Part shown: one piece after another, positions 11,204 to 22,261 of the stretch | Layout: every line of letters begins with the position of its first letter | Position numbering within the stretch: the stretch's first letter is position 1 | Origin: an uncultured Pseudomonadales bacterium | GTDB lineage: Bacteria > Pseudomonadota > Gammaproteobacteria > Pseudomonadales > Cellvibrionaceae | Assembly: GCA_947487765.1 (NCBI GenBank) | Contig: CANKXO010000007.1 | Location: 22,180-86,179 of the forward strand | DNA: 64,000 bases | Reading direction: 5' to 3' | The notes under the pieces: generated by a model | What the model was told of the DNA's origin: nothing | What the model saw: only the letters and a program-made list of their open reading frames with translations | Database searches by the model: none | Translations under genes and position numbers: made by a program

Positions 11204-14200
11204 CTATATTTCCTCAGCTCTGATATTAAAGAAAATACTATAGAGTACGGGCACAACAATCAGTGTTAATACCGTGGCAAACAATAGACCAAAAATTAAC
11301 ACAATCGACATGGACTTAAAAAAGGCATCCAAGTAGAGGGGAAGGACACCAAGTACGGTCGTTAGTGTACCCATCATCACAGGGCGAACACGACTCGCAG
11401 CAGAATCAATAATCGCTGCATAGCGCGCTTTCCCCCGATTGATTTCAAAATCAATTTGATCCACTAATACAATGGCATTTTTAATGAGCAAGCCAGATAA
11501 CGACAATACGCCCAATATGGCCATAAATTCCATTGGCAACCCCATAACCAGTAAACCAATAACAACGCCAATGATTGCTAACGGTACAACCAGCCAAATA
11601 ATAAGCGGTTGTCTAACTTTACCAAATAAAACAAACACCACTAACACCATAGCGAGTAAGCCCAGTGGCAAAGTAGAGGCTAAATTGTCATTAGACTCTT
11701 TAGAGTCTCCATATTCGCCATCCCATTCCAAAGTGTACCCATCAGGAAGCGAGATCGACTCAATAGCAGGCCGTAAGCGTTGATGTAAGCTGGAAGCCAG
11801 TTCACCAGGGAAAGGGTCAGATTGCGCTTTAATGGTCCAGAGTCGATCTTCTCGACGTAGTACACCATCACGCCACACAGTATTAAAGCCATCGACGACT
11901 TGTAGGATGGGTACAAATTTCCCTGTTGCTGAACTTAATACTTGAATGCTACGAATATCATCAATGCCCACGCGTTCATCTGCCGGCGCACGCGAAATGA
12001 TCGGGATTAGCTCATCACCTTCACGGTACACCCCAACTGAGCGTCCGGAAAAATTGGTTTGTAAGGCAGCCGCTAAATCTTCTCGTGAGATACCAGCCCT
12101 TCGACCTTTTACCTCTGAATATAAAGGCTCAATGATACTGACTTGTTGACGCCAATCATCTTTAACGGATAAGGCTTTACCATCTTCAATCATAATGGCT
12201 TTGGCTTGATTGGCTAATTGTCGCAGTATCACCGGATCAGGCCCCTTAAATGTGGCTTCAATTTTTGAACCGCCACCAGGGCCTAATTGAAAGCGCCATA
12301 CTTTCGCTTGTGCATTCGCGTAGTTGCTGTCGAGATACGATTGAATTTTTGGAATCAGAGCATCAATCTTTTTGTAGTCATCGACTTTAATCAGTAACTG
12401 TCCGTAGGCTTCGTTACCAGACTCAGGAGAATAAACCAACATAAAGCGAATGCCACCGGCGCCGATACTGGTTTGTATATCTGCTACCCCATCTAATTGA
12501 CTAACAAACTGTTCAACCTTCTCAATATCGTTTTGGGTGGTTGCAATATTAGCTCCTTCCGGTAGCCAATAGTCGATAACGACTTGCGGTGTTGTCGATG
12601 CGGGGAAAAAACCTTCTTTAACAAACTGAAAGCCCCACGCAGATACGAAAAATACACCAATAACGGTTGCAACCGTTAACCAGCGTACCGCAATCGCTTT
12701 TTTAACACACTGCTTATAGAGTCGAATAAAATGACTTTCGGTTTTAGTTTTATTAGATGTGCTATCCACCTCTTTAAATAGCCAGTAACAAAATAACGGC
12801 GTCAAGGTGATCGCAAACAGCCAACTATATAACAATGAAATAAGAATCACCCAAAAGAGGTGCCCCGTAAACTCTGCTGTTGAACCTGGCGCAAAACCAA
12901 TCGGTGCAAAGGCGATAATGCCCACTAGGGTACCGCCCAATAAAGGCCACTTGGTTTGTGTCACAATATCTTTGGCAATGTTTAATTTTTTTCGACCCTG
13001 TTGAACACCGATTAAAATCCCTTCTGTGACCACAATGGCATTATCCACCATCATGCCCAGTGCGATTATTAACGCGCCGAGAGAAATGCGGTGCATAGGA
13101 ATATCAGTAATACTCATGGTTGCCAGCGTTGCTGCAATAGTGAGTAATAAAATTGCCCCAATAACAACGGCAGATTTAAGCCCCATGAAAATTAATAAAG
13201 TTGCGATTACAATAATTAGAGCAACCACAACATTGACGACAAAGTCTTGTACGGCAACATCAACGATATTGCCTTGGTGATAATATTCTTGTAACTCAAT
13301 GCCTAAGGGGCGACGGCTTTCAGATGCTTGTATTTTTTTATCAACAGCTTCACTAATGGCAACAATATTACCGCCTGATTGCCCTGCTATGCCGATTCCA
13401 ATCGCCGTTTTACCATTATACCGATGGAGTAAACGGGGTGGCGTTTGGTAACCACGCCAGACATAAGCGATATCCTTTAAATAAATCAATTGTGATGAAG
13501 TGTTTTGATTACTTGTAGAAACAACAACATTTTTAATGGCTTCGACAGAATCAATACCGCCAGAAGGATCAATAGTAATACGTTGTTCATCAATAACCAC
13601 ATTACCTGCAGCTGCAATGGTATTTTGCTGCTGCAACATTTGGTAAACACTGTTGAGTGACACACCTAAACTTTTTGCATCTTCTCGTGATATTTCTACA
13701 AAGATAGCTTCTTGTTGAGCACCGCTAAGAACAACCTTGGCAACACCATCGACTTGTAATAATTCGTCTTGTAAGGATTTGGCATAACGCTTTAATTCAG
13801 CCGGGGTATAACCTTCACCTGTAATAAAATAATACAGACCATACACATCGCCAAAATCATCATTCACGATTGGCGTTTGTACTCCAGGTGGCAACGATGA
13901 TTCGGCATCTTTAATTTTATTGCGTAGCTTTGTCCAAATTAGTTGTAAATCCGCTTTGGATGGTGAAAATTCATATTTAATATCGACGGTAATTTCGGAA
14001 ACGCCAGCACGGGATTTTGACGTAATAACATCGACTTCTTGCAACTGTTTAATGGATCGTTCTAAAGGCGATGTGACTTCTTCAGCAACTTGCTTGGGGC
14101 TTGCGCCGGGATACTGGGTAATGACCAAAGCACTACGTATGGTAAATTCCGGGTCTTCAAAGCGTGGCATACTTTGGTAAGCCGTCCATCCACCCATTAA

Positions 14201-14263
14201 CATAAGTAGAATAGCGATGACACTGATCACGGTATTTTTAATTGTAAATTCTGCAATATTCAT
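11204..14263 (-). CDS. RND efflux permease (AcrB/HAE family)
   Basis: 1019 aa starting MNIAEFTIKNTVISVIAILLML... It shows the 12-TM architecture with two large periplasmic loops. Its stop abuts the start of the OMF gene. Confidence 0.92.
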   Translation of the reverse strand: MNIAEFTIKNTVISVIAILLMLMGGWTAYQSMPRFEDPEFTIRSALVITQYPGASPKQVAEEVTSPLERSIKQLQEVDVITSKSRAGVSEITVDIKYEFSPSKADLQLIWTKLRNKIKDAESSLPPGVQTPIVNDDFGDVYGLYYFITGEGYTPAELKRYAKSLQDELLQVDGVAKVVLSGAQQEAIFVEISREDAKSLGVSLNSVYQMLQQQNTIAAAGNVVIDEQRITIDPSGGIDSVEAIKNVVVSTSNQNTSSQLIYLKDIAYVWRGYQTPPRLLHRYNGKTAIGIGIAGQSGGNIVAISEAVDKKIQASESRRPLGIELQEYYHQGNIVDVAVQDFVVNVVVALIIVIATLLIFMGLKSAVVIGAILLLTIAATLATMSITDIPMHRISLGALIIALGMMVDNAIVVTEGILIGVQQGRKKLNIAKDIVTQTKWPLLGGTLVGIIAFAPIGFAPGSTAEFTGHLFWVILISLLYSWLFAITLTPLFCYWLFKEVDSTSNKTKTESHFIRLYKQCVKKAIAVRWLTVATVIGVFFVSAWGFQFVKEGFFPASTTPQVVIDYWLPEGANIATTQNDIEKVEQFVSQLDGVADIQTSIGAGGIRFMLVYSPESGNEAYGQLLIKVDDYKKIDALIPKIQSYLDSNYANAQAKVWRFQLGPGGGSKIEATFKGPDPVILRQLANQAKAIMIEDGKALSVKDDWRQQVSIIEPLYSEVKGRRAGISREDLAAALQTNFSGRSVGVYREGDELIPIISRAPADERVGIDDIRSIQVLSSATGKFVPILQVVDGFNTVWRDGVLRREDRLWTIKAQSDPFPGELASSLHQRLRPAIESISLPDGYTLEWDGEYGDSKESNDNLASTLPLGLLAMVLVVFVLFGKVRQPLIIWLVVPLAIIGVVIGLLVMGLPMEFMAILGVLSLSGLLIKNAIVLVDQIDFEINRGKARYAAIIDSAASRVRPVMMGTLTTVLGVLPLYLDAFFKSMSIVLIFGLLFATVLTLIVVPVLYSIFFNIRAEEI

Positions 14264-14317
14264 AATGCGCCTTGTGGAATATAGTCATATCGTAGCGAGT
14301 TAAATACGGTGGGACAT

Positions 14318-15379
14318 TCACTCCCAAGGTCGGATTGTCATACCTTCGGCAAGGTAAGCTGCTCCAGCACCAGCGATGACATCACCGGGCGACAAACCAT
14401 TTTTGACAACGAGCGTATTACCAATTCCTGACTCTAGTTCCACGGCTCGTTTGGATACGGTCATTGATTGTTGGTTAACAAGCCAAACGAATTGCTGATC
14501 GCCATCGGATAAAATCGCCGCCAAAGGTAGCGCTACACTCGCGGTCTCAACCGTGCCCGATGATTCAAGAATCATAGTGGCATTCATGCCGGGAAGAATG
14601 AGTAAGTCTTCTGGTGCAGCAAATGAAAAGGTTACTTTATAGGTTTGAGAAAGTGCATCTGCGAGTAGTGTTGCTTCTTTGAACGTCGCTTCTACTCTAG
14701 TATCCGGTGCTGCATCTAACACAACAGAGGCTTGTTTATTCTGGCGCTGCTCCACCGTGGCAATAACACTGGCGGGCAAATCGATAGACGCTTCCAATGT
14801 CGTTAAATCGATAACCGACGCAACCACTGTACCCGGTTGTACGGTTTGTAATTTTTTAACGGGAAGTTCAGCAATAGCCCCATCGAAAGGTGCACGTAAG
14901 ACAGTGTCTTCTAACGCTTTTTTAGCCGAATCCAAACTGGATTTGGCAACATCTCGCTGAGCTTTACGTTGGTCCAGTACATTTTTGGCAATGGCGTTTT
15001 CTTTGGCGAGTCGGAGTGCTCGTTGGTATTCCGTATCTGCATTCTTAAACTGTGCCTGAGCTGAATCCAAATTGTTACGGAAATCTCGTTGACGCAATTT
15101 TGCAATAATTGCACCCTTTTTAATATCCTGAGACTCGGTCACAGGAACATCTTCAATCAAGCCACCGACTTCAAACGTGAGGTTGGACGATTGAGCGGCA
15201 TCAATCACAGCGGGGTAACGATTAGATAGTCGTGAACTCGCTTCTGCCACGGTAATGAGCTTAACTGGGCGAACCACAGTTTCTGTTGTTTGATCAGCGG
15301 TTTCATTCCCGCCACAAGCTGTTAATAATGCTGCGAGCGATAGAATGGGGACATAACGGGTAAAGACTTCGATAGGCAT
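14318..15379 (-). CDS. RND efflux periplasmic adaptor (membrane fusion protein)
   Basis: 353 aa. A lipobox (LTACGG) and a coiled-coil hairpin region are present. It is the first gene of the MFP-RND-OMF operon. Confidence 0.88.
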   Translation of the reverse strand: MPIEVFTRYVPILSLAALLTACGGNETADQTTETVVRPVKLITVAEASSRLSNRYPAVIDAAQSSNLTFEVGGLIEDVPVTESQDIKKGAIIAKLRQRDFRNNLDSAQAQFKNADTEYQRALRLAKENAIAKNVLDQRKAQRDVAKSSLDSAKKALEDTVLRAPFDGAIAELPVKKLQTVQPGTVVASVIDLTTLEASIDLPASVIATVEQRQNKQASVVLDAAPDTRVEATFKEATLLADALSQTYKVTFSFAAPEDLLILPGMNATMILESSGTVETASVALPLAAILSDGDQQFVWLVNQQSMTVSKRAVELESGIGNTLVVKNGLSPGDVIAGAGAAYLAEGMTIRPWE

Positions 15380-15521
15380 AAGAAAAGACCTTTGTTACCA
15401 TTGTTCGAATTAAGTGTGCCGAAATTGAAAAGTTGTAATAGAACGACGGAGAGTATTTAATCAAACTATTGTTCCAAATAACTAGTACCAATTATGCTTT
15501 TAATGTCAGTCAATTGCCACC

Positions 15522-15959
15522 ATGATTAATCAACTACTGCTAGGCTCTACCATTATTGTGATCACTGTGATTGTACAGGTGGTCTTTTTTAATATCGCCA
15601 TTGACCGATTAACACGTATTGGCCGATGGTTAAGCGATTCTGCCTCTTTTTTAAAAACCTCATTTATCATGGTGATTGTCGTATTATGGACATTATTGGG
15701 TATTACTGTGAGCACGTGGATATGGGCGGTTCTTTTTAAGGTAATCGGTGCACTAGCGACATTAGATGAGGCGATTTATTTTGCCACAGTCACATTTACC
15801 ACGTTAGGTTACGGTGATATTACACTGACGACAGAATGGCGTTTGCTTTCAAGTCTTGCAGCGGTTAATGGTTTAATTATCTTTGGTTTAAATACCGCAT
15901 TTTTAGTCCAGTTTGTGGAGAAAACCAGAGGCCTACATATGAAAAAAGACAAGCACTAA
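15522..15959 (+). CDS. Small two-TM potassium channel family protein
   Basis: 145 aa. A K+ selectivity filter TTLGYGD lies between hydrophobic helices. Confidence 0.8.
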   Translation: MINQLLLGSTIIVITVIVQVVFFNIAIDRLTRIGRWLSDSASFLKTSFIMVIVVLWTLLGITVSTWIWAVLFKVIGALATLDEAIYFATVTFTTLGYGDITLTTEWRLLSSLAAVNGLIIFGLNTAFLVQFVEKTRGLHMKKDKH

Positions 15960-15974
15960 CTAGAGAAAAACAGA

Positions 15975-17180
15975 ATGAACAGCTATGTAGTGGATGACTT
16001 TTTAACGTATACACTCGGCATATTAGTGTTCTTTATTGGGGTGCACGTTAATCGACGAGTTGCCTTTCTACGTAACTACAATATTCCTGAACCTGTCACA
16101 GGTGGCCTGCTCGCAACGACGTTTACGTTTCTTATTTTCTTAACTACCAATACAGAAATTCAATTTCAACTCGATACCCGCGATACATTATTGGTCTATT
16201 TTTTTACAGCTATTGGTATTAATGCGCGTTTATCCGACTTGATCAGTGGCGGTAAGCCCCTACTGATTATGCTGGTACTAACGCTCTCGTATATATTTCT
16301 GCAAAATATCGTTGGCATTGCTGGTGCGACATTGGTTGATAGCCCTTCTGCGGTCGGTGTGTTAGCAGGGTCAGCATCATTGATTGGCGGTCACGGTACG
16401 ACGATTGCTTGGGCACCCGACATTGCGGGATTGGGTGTCGATAATGCTTTAGAAATTGGTATTGCCTGTGCGACCCTAGGGTTGATTATTGCTAGCTTAA
16501 TCGGCGGGCCTATTGCGAAGTTTTTACTGTCAAAACATAAGCTGAGTGGGCAAACAGGTGAGCAACCGATGGTGGGCATTGCTTATAAAGAGGCAGATAC
16601 TGACCAAGGCTCCATTAATCACATGAACCTAATGGCCGTTGTTTTAAGTTTGCATATAGCTATTATTATTGGCTATGTGCTTAATGAACAAATTACCGCG
16701 TTAGGATTTAAACTACCGCTGTTTGTTACTTGCTTGCTGACGGGTATTGTTCTATCCAATAGCATCCCTTACGTGCTTCCCCAGCTACATTGGCCTGCTC
16801 GAACACGAGCATTAGCATTAGTCTCTGATTTTTCGTTAGGTTTATTCTTGGCAATGTCCCTCATGAGTATGCAATTATGGACTATCGCTGGTCTTGCCGG
16901 TCCATTGTTAGTTATTCTGTTATTGCAAACCATTGCAGCAGTACTCTTTATTATTTTTATTCTTTTCCCGCTAATGGGAAAAAATTATCAAGCAGCGGTT
17001 CTGAGTGCTGGATTTGGCGGTTTTGCATTAGGTGCAACACCCACTGCGATTGCCAATATGACTGCTGTTACTAAATCACATGGACCAGCGCCTACGGCTT
17101 TTCTTATACTGCCCTTAGTCGCTGCTTTTTTTGTGGATATTGCCAATGCTTTTGTGATTCGATTTGCTCTTCAGTTGTGA
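15975..17180 (+). CDS. gltS: Sodium/glutamate symporter
   Basis: 401 aa polytopic membrane protein. Length and sequence character are GltS-like (...GIACATLGLIIASLIGGPIAKFL...). Confidence 0.8.
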   Translation: MNSYVVDDFLTYTLGILVFFIGVHVNRRVAFLRNYNIPEPVTGGLLATTFTFLIFLTTNTEIQFQLDTRDTLLVYFFTAIGINARLSDLISGGKPLLIMLVLTLSYIFLQNIVGIAGATLVDSPSAVGVLAGSASLIGGHGTTIAWAPDIAGLGVDNALEIGIACATLGLIIASLIGGPIAKFLLSKHKLSGQTGEQPMVGIAYKEADTDQGSINHMNLMAVVLSLHIAIIIGYVLNEQITALGFKLPLFVTCLLTGIVLSNSIPYVLPQLHWPARTRALALVSDFSLGLFLAMSLMSMQLWTIAGLAGPLLVILLLQTIAAVLFIIFILFPLMGKNYQAAVLSAGFGGFALGATPTAIANMTAVTKSHGPAPTAFLILPLVAAFFVDIANAFVIRFALQL

Positions 17181-17361
17181 ATAGAAAATCAGCGTTGAAT
17201 GATTAAATTTTTATGTGTTGGATAGTAATTATTAAAAGGCTTCAAGCATTGCCAAAAGTATGTTTGTTAATGCGGGTGCAAGGCCAAGAGAGCAAGAACT
17301 TATTTTTGACTATCTTAGTAAGAATGCGAAAGATGCTGTGAAGTAAATCAAGGTTTTTATT

Positions 17362-18609
17362 ATGAAATTAGTTTTTTATATTTTTTTCACGGTGCTATGT
17401 GTTTCTGGTTGCACATCCTACAGTAGTATTTCGCAAATCACAGCGATGCCAGAGCCGATAATTTATCAGCAGCAAGTGCTGCGTGATCGTCTTTATACTG
17501 ATGGAATAAGTGAAAATAATACCATCTTTTATGCTACTGATAGAGAATCATCAAGTGATCAAGATGACGGACTGTTTTATACAAATCAAAGAGGCAGCTT
17601 TATACGGGTAGGCTTAGGGAATATTTCCCCCTCTACCTTTAATGATAAAAATAAAATTAAAGTATCAGACGTTAATGAATATGGATACTTATCAACAGCT
17701 TTACCTTATGGAAAACTTAGCTCACCGGAAGAGGCAAATGAACCTGGTCTGAAAATCGCAAATCAACAATTTTCTGAAGCGGTTGATGAAAAATTAGCAG
17801 CATCAAGGCAAAAAGATATTTTTATCTATGTTCATGGATATAAGACAGTTTTTGAAAACCCATTATTAGTATCCTCAGAGTTTTGGCAATACATGAATAA
17901 CGACGGAGTATTTATTGCCTATGCTTGGCCTGCAACCCCTAAACGACTTGCTTACTTTAAAGATGTTGAAACTGCACAACTCTCTGGCCACAACTTACGC
18001 TTGTTTATTGAATACTTAGCAAAAAATACAGAGGCTGAACGTATACACATTATTGGCTATAGCGCAGGCACTCGTGTTGTGATCACTGCCACACAACAGC
18101 TTGCTTTAAAATATTATGATCAGCCTCAGCAAAAGATTAAACAAGAATTACGTATCGGAAATATTATACTTGCTGCTAGTGATTATGATCCTAGAGTCTT
18201 TGCGGCTGCTATTGGTCACGAACTGCTTAATATTCCAGAAATGATGACAGTGTATATGTCAGCATCGGATGACGCTCTGGGCTTATCACGTTTTTTATTC
18301 GGCGAAGGGCGCCTCGGCCAATTCATTGATAAATCAGCTAGTATGGCAGATCACACAAAATCTTTTTTTAATAAAAATAAAAAGCTGTATTTTATCAATG
18401 CCAGTACCGCTAAAAAAGCGGCCATTGGAAATGGTCATGGATATTACTTCAGCAGTCCTTGGGTCAGTAGCGATTTGTTACTTATTCTGAGATACGGTTT
18501 AAAGCCTGGTCTTCGTGGCTTAATTAAGCCCGAAGGGAAGCTGCATTGGATATTTACCGACAATCATCCAAATACGTTGCAAGATAAGCTTTCATGGCTT
18601 GCTGAGTGA
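17362..18609 (+). CDS. Lipoprotein, alpha/beta-hydrolase fold (DUF900-like esterase)
   Basis: A lipobox (VSGCTS) and a nucleophile-elbow-like motif GYSAGTRV are present. 415 aa. Confidence 0.65.
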   Translation: MKLVFYIFFTVLCVSGCTSYSSISQITAMPEPIIYQQQVLRDRLYTDGISENNTIFYATDRESSSDQDDGLFYTNQRGSFIRVGLGNISPSTFNDKNKIKVSDVNEYGYLSTALPYGKLSSPEEANEPGLKIANQQFSEAVDEKLAASRQKDIFIYVHGYKTVFENPLLVSSEFWQYMNNDGVFIAYAWPATPKRLAYFKDVETAQLSGHNLRLFIEYLAKNTEAERIHIIGYSAGTRVVITATQQLALKYYDQPQQKIKQELRIGNIILAASDYDPRVFAAAIGHELLNIPEMMTVYMSASDDALGLSRFLFGEGRLGQFIDKSASMADHTKSFFNKNKKLYFINASTAKKAAIGNGHGYYFSSPWVSSDLLLILRYGLKPGLRGLIKPEGKLHWIFTDNHPNTLQDKLSWLAE

Positions 18610-18944
18610 GATGGTAAAGCGAATATACTGATCTGACGTAGCCTCTATTGAAATATGAGGTGAAAATGATCGTAATTAAGGTGGTCATTTCCAGTGGGGA
18701 TAATCGGGTGTGGATAAAAATGCAACGTTGCTTTTTTGTTAACACTTAACGTTCCCAAGGCTCCAAATTAAAATTTACATTAACCTCGTTCTCCTCTGCA
18801 AAAATCTCACAATGTGCCTGCTTAATTCTTCTTGGTAGTTCTGTTGCCTTAATTCGAACAATAAATGCTATATTTGTTATTTTTTAAAACACAAAAACAA
18901 GTGAGAATAGCAAAAACAGTAAACATGGTGATTCCGGAGAAAGT

Positions 18945-19826
18945 ATGACCCAGAAAACAATAGGTATAGTTGGTCTAGGTAGTATGGGCAGTGGTATGGC
19001 TCAGACCTTATTGCGTGAAGGCTTTGAGGTTGTGGGTACAGACGTGAATAAGGCTCAACAACAAGTAGCTCGGGACCTCGGCGTTGAGGTTGTCCCTGAT
19101 ATTCAAACATTGTGTGGTAAAACCAATACCCTTTTATTATCGCTACCTATGGCAAAGCATGTACAGACGGTGATCAAGGGCAGTGGTGGCATTATTGAGC
19201 ATGCACAAATAGATACTTTAATCATTGATACCTCGACCTCTGAGCCAGAGGTAACCCGTATGTTAGCGGCTGAGCTTACTGAACAAGGCCATCACTTATT
19301 AGATGCTCCTGTCAGTGGGGGCCCGTCTGGTGCGGCAGCAGGCACAATGGTTATGGTCGTTGGTGGGGAAAAGCATGTACTGAACCGTGCCCAACCATAC
19401 CTTAATGCCTTGAGTGCAAAAGTGGTTCATTTGGGTCCGTCAGGTAATGGTCATGTGGCAAAGCTGATTAATAACTTATTGTGTGCGGCGCACTTAGTCA
19501 CGACAGCAGAAGCCGTTGCTTTGGGCAAAAAAGCAGGTTTAGATCCTGAGATGCTTATCGCAGGGTTAAACGCAGGGTCGGGGCGTAGTGCTGTCAGTGA
19601 AGTAAATTTCCCTCGCTGGGTTTTAAATGAAGCGTTTGATTCTGGTTTTACAATGCAATTAATGCGTAAAGATATTCGTTTGGCAAAAAACCTGATGAGC
19701 GAAATGGGGTTAGAGCTACCGATGTCAGAGCAAGTGGCTGCTATCTGGGCGCAGAGTGAGGAAAACTTGCCTGACCAAGATGACTTTAATTGTATCGTAA
19801 AAAATGCTGGCTTAGAGGAAAAGTAA
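18945..19826 (+). CDS. NAD(P)-dependent oxidoreductase, 3-hydroxyisobutyrate dehydrogenase family
   Basis: An N-terminal Rossmann motif IGIVGLGSMGSGMA is present. 293 aa, with a beta-hydroxyacid dehydrogenase layout. Confidence 0.85.
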   Translation: MTQKTIGIVGLGSMGSGMAQTLLREGFEVVGTDVNKAQQQVARDLGVEVVPDIQTLCGKTNTLLLSLPMAKHVQTVIKGSGGIIEHAQIDTLIIDTSTSEPEVTRMLAAELTEQGHHLLDAPVSGGPSGAAAGTMVMVVGGEKHVLNRAQPYLNALSAKVVHLGPSGNGHVAKLINNLLCAAHLVTTAEAVALGKKAGLDPEMLIAGLNAGSGRSAVSEVNFPRWVLNEAFDSGFTMQLMRKDIRLAKNLMSEMGLELPMSEQVAAIWAQSEENLPDQDDFNCIVKNAGLEEK

Positions 19827-19827
19827 C

Positions 19828-21366
19828 ATGACGTTTACCGTTGAAAATAATGGCGAGAAGCAAGTTGAGCAATTGCTGAATGGTTTACTAGGTGACAGTC
19901 AATTTGGTAGTTGGATTGCAGGAAAAATAGTGGTTGGTGAAGGGGAAGAAATAAAACTAACAAACCCTGCAACTGGCCACACATTTATGACGTATTGTGA
20001 TGCAGGCAGCTCAGTTGTTGATAGTGCTGCCGAAGCAGCCGTTATTGCACAGAAGCAGTGGTGGGGAATGACAGCTACTGCCCGTGGACAGCTAATGTGG
20101 AAATGCGGTTTTTTAATTCGAGAAAATTTAGAACCTCTTGCCCGATTAGAATCTGTTTCGGCTGGTAAGCCTGTTAGAGACTGTCGCATTGAAGTGACAA
20201 AAGTGGCAGAGATGTTTGAATACTATGCGGGCTGGTGCGATAAAATAATAGGGCAGGTCATTCCTGTGCCGACAAGCCACCTCAATTATACGAGGCATGA
20301 ACCTTACGGTGTTGTGACACAAATTACGCCATGGAATGCGCCCATATTTACAGCTGGTTGGCAGATTGCTCCCGCTATTTGTGCGGGCAATGCAGTGTTA
20401 CTAAAACCGTCTGAATTAACACCGTTAAGTTCTACCGTGTTAGCTAAATTAATTGAAGAGGCAGGTATCCCTAAAAGCTTGGTCAATATTGTTAATGGGC
20501 TAGGGCATACAACGGGCGCATCAGCGATTGCCCATTCAGCAACTAAAAAAGTGGTCTTTGTCGGGTCACCAAAAACCGGAGGTCTTATTGCTGCAGCTGC
20601 TGCTCAACGTGTGATTCCCTGTGTTTTGGAGTTGGGCGGTAAGTCAGCCAATATTGTCTTTGATGATGCGGATTTAGACCGAGCTGTTGTGGGTGCGCAA
20701 GCAGCTGTATTTGCAGCGGCAGGTCAGAGCTGTGTATCTGGGTCGCGTTTACTGGTTCATCGCAACGTGTATGAACAAGTTGTAGAGCGAGTGGCGTCAG
20801 CAGCCAATAAAATTCCAGTAGGTATGCCATGGTTAGAGGATACAATGGTTGGGCCTATTAATAATCTACCACAATTTACTCATGTGAATAATTTAGTGTC
20901 TGGGGGTGTTGCTGAAGGTGCAGTCATTGCCTGTGGAGGATCCCGTGCAGATATTAAAGGCGGTGAGCAGGGATATTTCTTCCGCCCGACGGTACTGGCT
21001 GAGGTTAACAATAGGATGCAAGTGGCTCAGGAAGAAATCTTTGGTCCCGTCGTTTCTGTGATTCCATTTGAGGATGAAGAAGAAGCTGTTGCCATTGCTA
21101 ACGATAGCCGTTTTGGTTTGGCTGGTGCCGTATGGACGGCAGATGTGGGGCGAGCTCACCGCATGGCCGCGCAAATTAACGCAGGTACTTTCTGGATCAA
21201 TAGCTATAAAGCGATTAACGTTATGTCACCCTTTGGCGGCTTCGGCGAAAGTGGTTACGGTCGCTCTAGTGGTTATGATGGTTTGCTGGAGTATACGCAG
21301 GTAAAAAGTGTTTGGGTCGAAACCGCAAAAGATGCCGCTATTCAGTTTGGTTATTCAGTCGAGTGA
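19828..21366 (+). CDS. Aldehyde dehydrogenase family protein
   Basis: The ALDH motifs ELGGKSANIV and catalytic-Cys region GQSCVSGSR are present. Translationally coupled: its ATG lies 2 nt after the upstream stop. Confidence 0.9.
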   Translation: MTFTVENNGEKQVEQLLNGLLGDSQFGSWIAGKIVVGEGEEIKLTNPATGHTFMTYCDAGSSVVDSAAEAAVIAQKQWWGMTATARGQLMWKCGFLIRENLEPLARLESVSAGKPVRDCRIEVTKVAEMFEYYAGWCDKIIGQVIPVPTSHLNYTRHEPYGVVTQITPWNAPIFTAGWQIAPAICAGNAVLLKPSELTPLSSTVLAKLIEEAGIPKSLVNIVNGLGHTTGASAIAHSATKKVVFVGSPKTGGLIAAAAAQRVIPCVLELGGKSANIVFDDADLDRAVVGAQAAVFAAAGQSCVSGSRLLVHRNVYEQVVERVASAANKIPVGMPWLEDTMVGPINNLPQFTHVNNLVSGGVAEGAVIACGGSRADIKGGEQGYFFRPTVLAEVNNRMQVAQEEIFGPVVSVIPFEDEEEAVAIANDSRFGLAGAVWTADVGRAHRMAAQINAGTFWINSYKAINVMSPFGGFGESGYGRSSGYDGLLEYTQVKSVWVETAKDAAIQFGYSVE

Positions 21367-21419
21367 TTAATTTTTTGATGATATAAAAATGAAATATTTT
21401 GTAATAAAGGTTACATTAC

Positions 21420-22223
21420 ATGGCTGATTATGAACGTGAAATAGATATTGAAAACGTATGGGAAATAATTTTACAAGAAGCTGAGGCGGTTGCTAATGCA
21501 TTCCCTTTGGTTGCTGACTTTTACCAGCGTAGTATCCTTCAGCATAATAGTTATGATGCGGCGCTGGCATATGTGTTGGCAGAAAAATTAAGTGACCCTA
21601 TTTCGCAATCTAATTTGTCTCAAACAAATTCTTCCAAAACTAATGCCTCAACAATCAAAGATTGGCAAGATTTTTTGTTAGCCATTATGTCTGAAGCTCC
21701 TGCTATTGGAAAAGCAGCAGTGAAAGACTTAGTTTGTCAGCTAAAAAGTAATGCATCTATTAAGGACCACTATACGCCATTGCTTTATTTTGGTGGTTAT
21801 CAAGCATTGCAAAGTTATCGTTTTTCGCATTACTGCTGGAACAATAATCAACACGCTATTGCAAATTATATACAGGCGAGAGTTGTTACTTTGCATGGTG
21901 TCGATATTCATCCGGGAGCAAAAATTGGCGAAGGTATTTTTATCGACCATGCTGTCGGTATTGTCATTGGAGAAACGGCAGTTGTTGAAAATGATGTGAC
22001 GCTATTTCAAAGTGTTACTTTAGGTGGCACAGGAAAAGGCGTTGGTGACAGGCACCCCAAAGTGCGCAAGGGCGCTTTTATTGGTTCTGGCGCAGTTATA
22101 TTTGGCAATATTGAAATTGGTAAAAACGCAAAAGTTGCCGGCGGCGCTGTCGTTGTTAAACCTGTCGCTGCAAATACAACGGTTGTTGGGCCTGCTGCGA
22201 AGGTAGTGGTCCCCCCCTCATAA
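21420..22223 (+). CDS. Serine O-acetyltransferase-like hexapeptide transferase
   Basis: A CysE-type C-terminal half is present (DIHPGAKIGEGIFIDHAVGIVIGETAVVENDVTLFQSVTLGGTG). The N-terminal SATase helical domain carries an S/N/T-rich insertion. Confidence 0.8.
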   Translation: MADYEREIDIENVWEIILQEAEAVANAFPLVADFYQRSILQHNSYDAALAYVLAEKLSDPISQSNLSQTNSSKTNASTIKDWQDFLLAIMSEAPAIGKAAVKDLVCQLKSNASIKDHYTPLLYFGGYQALQSYRFSHYCWNNNQHAIANYIQARVVTLHGVDIHPGAKIGEGIFIDHAVGIVIGETAVVENDVTLFQSVTLGGTGKGVGDRHPKVRKGAFIGSGAVIFGNIEIGKNAKVAGGAVVVKPVAANTTVVGPAAKVVVPPS

Positions 22224-22261
22224 ATAAATGAAAAGTTCATTGGGAGAGGTTATTAATAAAA

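Noticed and set aside
185-22240. Many antisense or out-of-frame ORFs inside well-supported genes (e.g. 185..520-, 724..960-, 8140..8586-, 9221..9676 set, 10152..11243 set, 11472..14180 set, 20304..21304 set, 22007..22240-)
   Set aside because: They lie entirely within strongly supported genes on the opposite strand or in another frame. Their composition is low-complexity or skewed, as is typical of shadow ORFs.
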